A stretch of 23,194 nt of DNA, from the NCBI GenBank assembly GCA_037190965.1, contig JBBCKI010000016.1, forward strand, positions 1 through 23,194, in the 5' to 3' direction. The stretch is from Chthoniobacteraceae bacterium (GTDB lineage Bacteria; Verrucomicrobiota; Verrucomicrobiia; Chthoniobacterales; Chthoniobacteraceae). This document shows positions 18,559-23,194 of the stretch, one piece after another. The notes under the pieces were generated by a model. It was not told the origin of the DNA. It saw only the letters and a list, made by a program, of their open reading frames with translations, and searched no databases. The position numbers and the translations under genes are program-made. Within the stretch, counting starts at the first letter, position 1. Each line of letters opens with the position of its first letter.

Positions 18559-18655
18559 ATAATCTTTTGGAAAAGGATTGTTAGAAGCTATTTAGAACAG
18601 CGTTAGCGATATATCGATCCAAGACCGCCGGCATCTTGCCGCCTGACCGAGTGAT

Positions 18656-19408
18656 TCAAAGTTCCCTGGCCAGCATTTGAAGGGAATTGCTCAGCTTCCT
18701 GAGTCCGAGTTCAATGCGAGTCTTCACCGTGCTCAGTGGAATTCCGGTGAGAGCGGCAATTTCGCGCTGGCTCATCCCTTTATAAAAAGTGAACTCGATC
18801 ACTTCACGCTGGGGAACAGGGAGATCATTGAGCTTCTTTTTGATAAAGCCCCTCATATCAGAATAATCGCCATCAGCCTTGACGCTCTGAGTCGAGATCC
18901 ACGATTCCGGATCATGCTCGACCTCGACCTGAAACCTGGCGGTTACGGCTGAATACCGCTGACGCTTTCTCAGACGGTCAATTCCTCGTCGGCGCGCCAT
19001 TGTGATCAACCATCCCAGCGCTTTTCCCCTCTCGGGCGAATATTGTGAGGCACACTTCCATGAGTGAAGAAAGACCTCCATGAGAACCTCTTCGGACTCG
19101 CTCTCGTCTCGCAATACGTTAAAGATGACCCCGGCGATTATCCGCGAGTGGCGATCAAACAACATTTCCAAAGCGCGGGGTTCATTTCGGGAGAGTCGGG
19201 CCATCAAATCTTCGTCGCTCTCGGCCTCGACCGCAGAAGCAGTCTCTCGTTCAAGCTTTCTCTTGCTGGAGAGCGGGGCTTTGTGCGGGAGCGATATCCC
19301 CTGAGGGCGGGCTCCTAAAGGGCGGCTCGCCGATGGGGAGGAAACGTTACACCAAAGCACAAAAAATTCCCAGAGAAAATACTTATGAGAAGGTAGCAAG
19401 GTCTTCAT
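18656..19408 (-). CDS. ECF (group 4) sigma-70 factor, SigK-like; start codon uncertain (ATG 19408 or GTG 19360)
   Basis: Region 2: SDEDLM...EEVLMEVFLHSW...WLITMARRRGIDRLR. Region 4: LPVPQREVIEFTFYKGMSQREIA...IPLSTVKTRIELGLRKL. Confidence 0.9.
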   Translation of the reverse strand: MKTLLPSHKYFLWEFFVLWCNVSSPSASRPLGARPQGISLPHKAPLSSKRKLERETASAVEAESDEDLMARLSRNEPRALEMLFDRHSRIIAGVIFNVLRDESESEEVLMEVFLHSWKCASQYSPERGKALGWLITMARRRGIDRLRKRQRYSAVTARFQVEVEHDPESWISTQSVKADGDYSDMRGFIKKKLNDLPVPQREVIEFTFYKGMSQREIAALTGIPLSTVKTRIELGLRKLSNSLQMLAREL

Positions 19409-19684
19409 ATCTATTCTGATGCAATGTCTGCTCATTGAGATTTACGAAGAGACGTCATCCCGGCCCTGCCGATGATGCGTCTCCTACGACATGGCCGCCT
19501 CAAGAGATAGATTCGTCAAACTCTAGTCGGCGGTAAGACGGTGCAATATATATCAAAATATCCGCAGTTCCAAAATAGGAAGAATTGCGTATTGAAAAAT
19601 ACCGAACCCCGAAAGAAGAAGCTATACACAAGGTTCGAGCGCTCCGTAATGTTCCCAAATTTGCATTGAGGCCGCGCCATTCTT

Positions 19685-20053
19685 TCAAAATTTCAGCCTG
19701 TTCCTGACTGTTCCCAACGCATGTTCGATGCGGGAGAGAGCGCCGCCGCAAGTCTTGTTCGCATAATTACTTACATCCTGCCCCGTTGAGCCGAGGGCCG
19801 ATACCAGTTCCTTCAAACGATCATTCATCGTTGAAGAGGATTTCCCGCGACCTTGAAATAGATAAGCAAGGGCAAAGCCGAGGACAGCGGCACCCAGAAT
19901 TGGGAACAGATGCGTAGAACGAGGAGGGATTTTCCCGCCTTCAAATTTGCCGTCTTTATAAATGCCCTCCGTACCATCGTGAACATAAGACCAGGTTTCC
20001 GGCATTGCGGGATCTAGATACCTGCCAAGGTTTTCTTCAGGGGATCGGTTCAT
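19685..20053 (-). CDS. Hypothetical membrane-anchored protein (122 aa)
   Basis: ATG at 20053. One hydrophobic segment PILGAAVLGFALAYLF followed by an amphipathic helical tail. Confidence 0.6.
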   Translation of the reverse strand: MNRSPEENLGRYLDPAMPETWSYVHDGTEGIYKDGKFEGGKIPPRSTHLFPILGAAVLGFALAYLFQGRGKSSSTMNDRLKELVSALGSTGQDVSNYANKTCGGALSRIEHALGTVRNRLKF

Positions 20054-20195
20054 ATACCATGAATACGCCCGGAATTCACATGACGGTTCTACATTTATTG
20101 GAAGGTATGTTTCACAATATAGACATCGAGCCCCAGGGAGGAAGCAGGTCATAAAATACACGCAATCACGACATGAGAATCGATTGAATAGTTAG

Positions 20196-20312
20196 ATGAA
20201 AACAATCACCCCAAAGACATCTCAGACATCGGGCAAGATTGGATATGCGATCCTTTGGCTTCTGGGCGTTCCCCTTCCCGTTCTACTGCTGATCTATCTT
20301 CTCCGTCATTAG
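20196..20312 (+). CDS. 38-aa single-pass membrane microprotein (not in ORF track)
   Basis: MKTITPKTSQTSGKIGYAILWLLGVPLPVLLLIYLLRH*, ATG at 20196, TAG at 20310-20312. First ORF of the rightward arm. Confidence 0.8.
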   Translation: MKTITPKTSQTSGKIGYAILWLLGVPLPVLLLIYLLRH

Positions 20313-20392
20313 CGAGCAACACCCCATTCCCCGTTGTTCGGAAAACTGTCGAGTTCCAATTCAACCCGAAACCGCAAGTCAACATCCTAATC

Positions 20393-20761
20393 ATGAAAAA
20401 TCCAATCCTGATAGTTGCTTCAATCGGCGCGTTTTCCATCGCGGCGATCGCCAATGATAAGCCCGTTGAACCCGATAATACCGGAATCAACGATCGCGAC
20501 AGATCCGGCAATACGAAAACCTCCGAAGACCAGTCAAACCGCCCGGAAGACCTGAAGGTGACTCAGAATATCCGGAAGGCCTTGCTTGACGACAACTCTC
20601 TCTCGACAGCGGCAAAGAACGTGAAAGTCATCACCGCCGACGGGCAAGTCACCCTTCGGGGCCCTGTCGATAGCGCTGCTGAAAAGGTGAAGGTCGAGAA
20701 ACTCGCTAAAGAGAAAGCAGGGACCCTTAAAGTTGTGAACAAAATAGATGTTAAACATTAA
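20393..20761 (+). CDS. Secreted BON (OsmY-like) domain protein
   Basis: Signal peptide, PDNTGINDRDR...EDQSN...DLKVTQNIRKAL...LSTAAKNVKVIT.DGQVTLRGPV...VVNKIDV. ATG at 20393. Confidence 0.9.
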   Translation: MKNPILIVASIGAFSIAAIANDKPVEPDNTGINDRDRSGNTKTSEDQSNRPEDLKVTQNIRKALLDDNSLSTAAKNVKVITADGQVTLRGPVDSAAEKVKVEKLAKEKAGTLKVVNKIDVKH

Positions 20762-20802
20762 TTAAAACACCCATCCATCATCAACCCGTTAAAATTACTA
20801 TT

Positions 20803-21330
20803 ATGTCAAAATCAGTATTCTCCATCGCCACTTCCATTTCTCAGGCCGAGGTCATTGTCGCCAACCTCCAGGCTGCCGGATTTTCCAACTCGGATATTTC
20901 CGTCCTGATGCCGGATACCGACGGGCTTCACGACATGGGCTATGTCAAAACAAGCAAAGCGCCTGAAGGTGCGGCAACAGGGGCAGCCACGGGCGGTGTG
21001 GCCGGCGGGGTGATTGGCTTGCTGGCCGGGATCGGCGCTCTAGCGATACCCGGCCTGGGAGCCTTCATTGCGGCAGGGCCGATCATGGCCGCATTGAGCG
21101 GAGCCGCTGTCGGCGCAACGACAGGCGGCGTTGTGGGAGGCCTGATCGGCCTCGGCATCCCCGAGATCGAGGCAAAACGCTACGAGGATAAGCTCAAGCA
21201 AGGGAATTACCTGATCTCGGTACATGCCAACGACAACGACGAGGTAAACTGCGCCAAGGCGGTATTCAAGAATGCCAACGCTGAGGATATCTCCGTCTCC
21301 TCCGAATCGACGGCTCCCCAGACAGCCTGA
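20803..21330 (+). CDS. Glycine-zipper general stress membrane protein (YflT/GSP17M-like)
   Basis: LQAAGFSNSDISVL, APEGAATGAATGG...LAGIGALAIPGLG.FIAAGP, GGLIGLGIPEIEAKRYE and GNYLISVH. Confidence 0.85.
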   Translation: MSKSVFSIATSISQAEVIVANLQAAGFSNSDISVLMPDTDGLHDMGYVKTSKAPEGAATGAATGGVAGGVIGLLAGIGALAIPGLGAFIAAGPIMAALSGAAVGATTGGVVGGLIGLGIPEIEAKRYEDKLKQGNYLISVHANDNDEVNCAKAVFKNANAEDISVSSESTAPQTA

Positions 21331-21352
21331 GGCATTCAAGCCCAAAATCATC

Positions 21353-21391
21353 GCAGGACGCCTCGCACGCGTGATGAGCGAGGCGTCCTGC
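21353..21391 (+). terminator. Strong intergenic hairpin (terminator or stability element)
   Basis: Perfect 14-bp stem gcaggacgcctcgc/gcgaggcgtcctgc, 11-nt loop, no clean U tract. Confidence 0.55.
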
Positions 21392-21410
21392 CTCTGTGTG
21401 AGGAAACAGA

Positions 21411-22880
21411 ATGAAAGCGTCCCGTCGTATCCCCTCCCCCGAAGTCCGGCCCACCGGCGTCGTCTTTCACCCGGATAACAAGCGGGTTTTGGTACGCCCC
21501 TTTGTCCCGTCCAGCGAAATCCGCATCCGTCGTATTATCGACCGTGCGCTTGGTTTGAGCGAAAGGGATGTCGAAGCACAATTAGCCATCTTGTGTGCCG
21601 ACTTCAACGCCCGCCATATCGACCTTGAAGCCTGCTGGCGACGAAACTTCGCCATGGTGCGAGGACATCTTGACGATCCGTTGATATCCTTCAATCGCCA
21701 ACTCTACATCGGCGCCCTCTTCTCAGGGGAATACGCGCTCGAATCGGCAGCCCTCTTCAATCCATCCATCGTGGCTCACCCGGATCAAACGGGCCTCGAG
21801 CAGGGATCCTTGCGTTTTATCCTCACGCTGAGGGCAACGGGAGAAGGGCATATTTCCTCCATCGAATTTCGCTCCGGAATCGTCCGCCCTGATGCCTCAG
21901 TTCAGATCGACCCGGTCTCTCCGTTGGTGATTGCTCCCGAAGCGGTGGAGAACCCCAGCTATCGCAAGGGGGTCTTTCTCCATAAACTCCAAGAGATGGG
22001 TTTTGATAACGATTGGGCGAGACAGGTCATGCACTCCCTGGGGTGCATCTTCACCCGTGACGAGTTGGAGGGAGCCATCCGCAAAGCGGCGGAGGGCGAT
22101 GAAGGCCGTGAGGTGGAACGCACCCTGGAATGCATTCACTGGCTTGCGATGTCCAATTACGAGGCTCACTTCACGCCGTCCGTCCAGTTATCGCAACGGA
22201 TTATCTTTCCTTTTTCGCCCAACGAAAGCAACGGAATCGAGGATGCCCGATTTGTTCGCTTCTGCGATGCCGACGGAACGATCACCTATTACGCGACTTA
22301 TACCGCCTATAATGGGCGCGCGATCCTGCCGCAACTTATCGAGACGCGCGACTTCCTCCACTTTCGCATTCTCACCCTCAATGGCGTGGCGGTTCAGAAC
22401 AAAGGCATGGCATTATTCCCTCGGCGCATTGATGGGCGGTTTGCGATGATTTCCCGGCAAGATGACGAAAACCTCTTCCTGATGGTGTCCGATAATCTGC
22501 ATTTCTGGAACGACCCGCAACCCCTCCATTCCCCTCAGCAACCGTGGGAGTTCGTAAAAATCGGCAACTGTGGTTCGCCCATCGAGACCCCGGAAGGCTG
22601 GCTTGTCATTACTCACGGCGTCGGCCCGATGCGCCGCTATTGCATCGGGGCGATCCTGCTCGATCTCGAGGAGCCAGGCCGCGTCATCGGATCCCTTCGG
22701 GAACCGTTACTCAGGCCAAGGGACGAGGAACGCGAAGGCTATGTACCTAATGTCGTTTACTCCTGCGGAGCCATTGTCCATCAAGGCCAACTGATTCTCC
22801 CCTATGCCCTGAGCGATACTTCTTCGACGATAGGTACGGTTGACTTGAACGAGTTGCTTTCAGCCTTGAAGGCGCACTAA
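21411..22880 (+). CDS. Glycoside hydrolase family 130 protein (beta-mannoside phosphorylase/hydrolase fold) with N-terminal extension
   Basis: ALFNPSIV, GEGHISSI, SNGIEDARFV, ATYTAYNG, NKGMALFPRRI, KIGNCGSPIET.EGWL and REGYVPNVVYSCG. Confidence 0.9.
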   Translation: MKASRRIPSPEVRPTGVVFHPDNKRVLVRPFVPSSEIRIRRIIDRALGLSERDVEAQLAILCADFNARHIDLEACWRRNFAMVRGHLDDPLISFNRQLYIGALFSGEYALESAALFNPSIVAHPDQTGLEQGSLRFILTLRATGEGHISSIEFRSGIVRPDASVQIDPVSPLVIAPEAVENPSYRKGVFLHKLQEMGFDNDWARQVMHSLGCIFTRDELEGAIRKAAEGDEGREVERTLECIHWLAMSNYEAHFTPSVQLSQRIIFPFSPNESNGIEDARFVRFCDADGTITYYATYTAYNGRAILPQLIETRDFLHFRILTLNGVAVQNKGMALFPRRIDGRFAMISRQDDENLFLMVSDNLHFWNDPQPLHSPQQPWEFVKIGNCGSPIETPEGWLVITHGVGPMRRYCIGAILLDLEEPGRVIGSLREPLLRPRDEEREGYVPNVVYSCGAIVHQGQLILPYALSDTSSTIGTVDLNELLSALKAH

Positions 22881-22914
22881 AGACTTGAACACGCCGCCGC
22901 GATCCACTGCAGCA

Positions 22915-23056
22915 TTTCCTCGTTACCAATCTCCAGATTGGTAATGCCATTGCCCCCGAATCTCTGATTCGAAAGCCTTATTATCTCGTGCAGCGTGCCG
23001 GAACAAACAGGGTTGCGAAACTGGAGTTTCGAAGACAGGGGCGTTCCCAAACAGAG
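22915..23056 (-). repeat. REP-like multi-hairpin element, copy 2 (inverted, interrupted)
   Basis: Reverse complement of 3537-3678 with 10 mismatches. The match ends abruptly at the loop of the cgttcccaaa-cagag palindrome. Confidence 0.9.
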
Positions 23057-23194
23057 AGACTGTGTGAAAACTCCAAGTATGCTCGATTCTGAAAAACTCC
23101 GACGCTCATATTTGCCCTACACGGCCTGTTTCGAAGGAGGGCAATGATTTATCATTCCCAAAAATCGAGCATTTTACGACGAAATTAGAGTTTT
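23056..23194. mobile_element. MITE-like element (IS1182-like ends, inferred), truncated by the window end
   Basis: Left end gagactgtgtgaaaactc (23056-23073). The window ends with gagtttt, the start of its reverse complement. Internal IRs atgctcgatt/aatcgagcat and ttgccct/agggcaa. Confidence 0.75.

Noticed and set aside
17758..18606. 282-aa plus-strand ORF
   Set aside because: Antisense to the GT4 domain, with no motifs.
19500..19751. 83-aa ORF and a 54-aa alternative-frame ORF upstream of the sigma gene as a possible anti-sigma
   Set aside because: AT-rich with atypical composition and no ZAS, RskA or clear TM signature. More likely regulatory DNA.

Overview
GC-rich bacterial chromosomal window. 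The L28 sequence type and the thrB-lpxK and rph-rpmB neighbourhoods suggest Verrucomicrobiota (inference only). The left ~16 kb holds core and accessory genes: LpxH-like metallophosphoesterase, DUF4404-like protein, alpha/beta-hydrolase lipoprotein, small Cys/Lys-rich lipoprotein, VOC protein, Nudix-like protein, lpxK, thrB, rph, rpmB plus a small basic ORF, CE7 esterase, yebC and a TolC/MacA/ABC exporter operon. The right ~7 kb is a divergent general-stress-type cluster: CsbD, GT4 fused to a GH-like domain, orphan ECF sigma, a 38-aa microprotein absent from the ORF track, BON protein, glycine-zipper stress protein and GH130. Many intergenic spaces carry short non-autonomous palindromic elements of several unrelated families, with no transposase in the window. 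These include a 160-bp TA-flanked MITE in the macA stop codon and two MITEs nested in REP-like elements. All calls come from motif recognition by eye; no searches were run.
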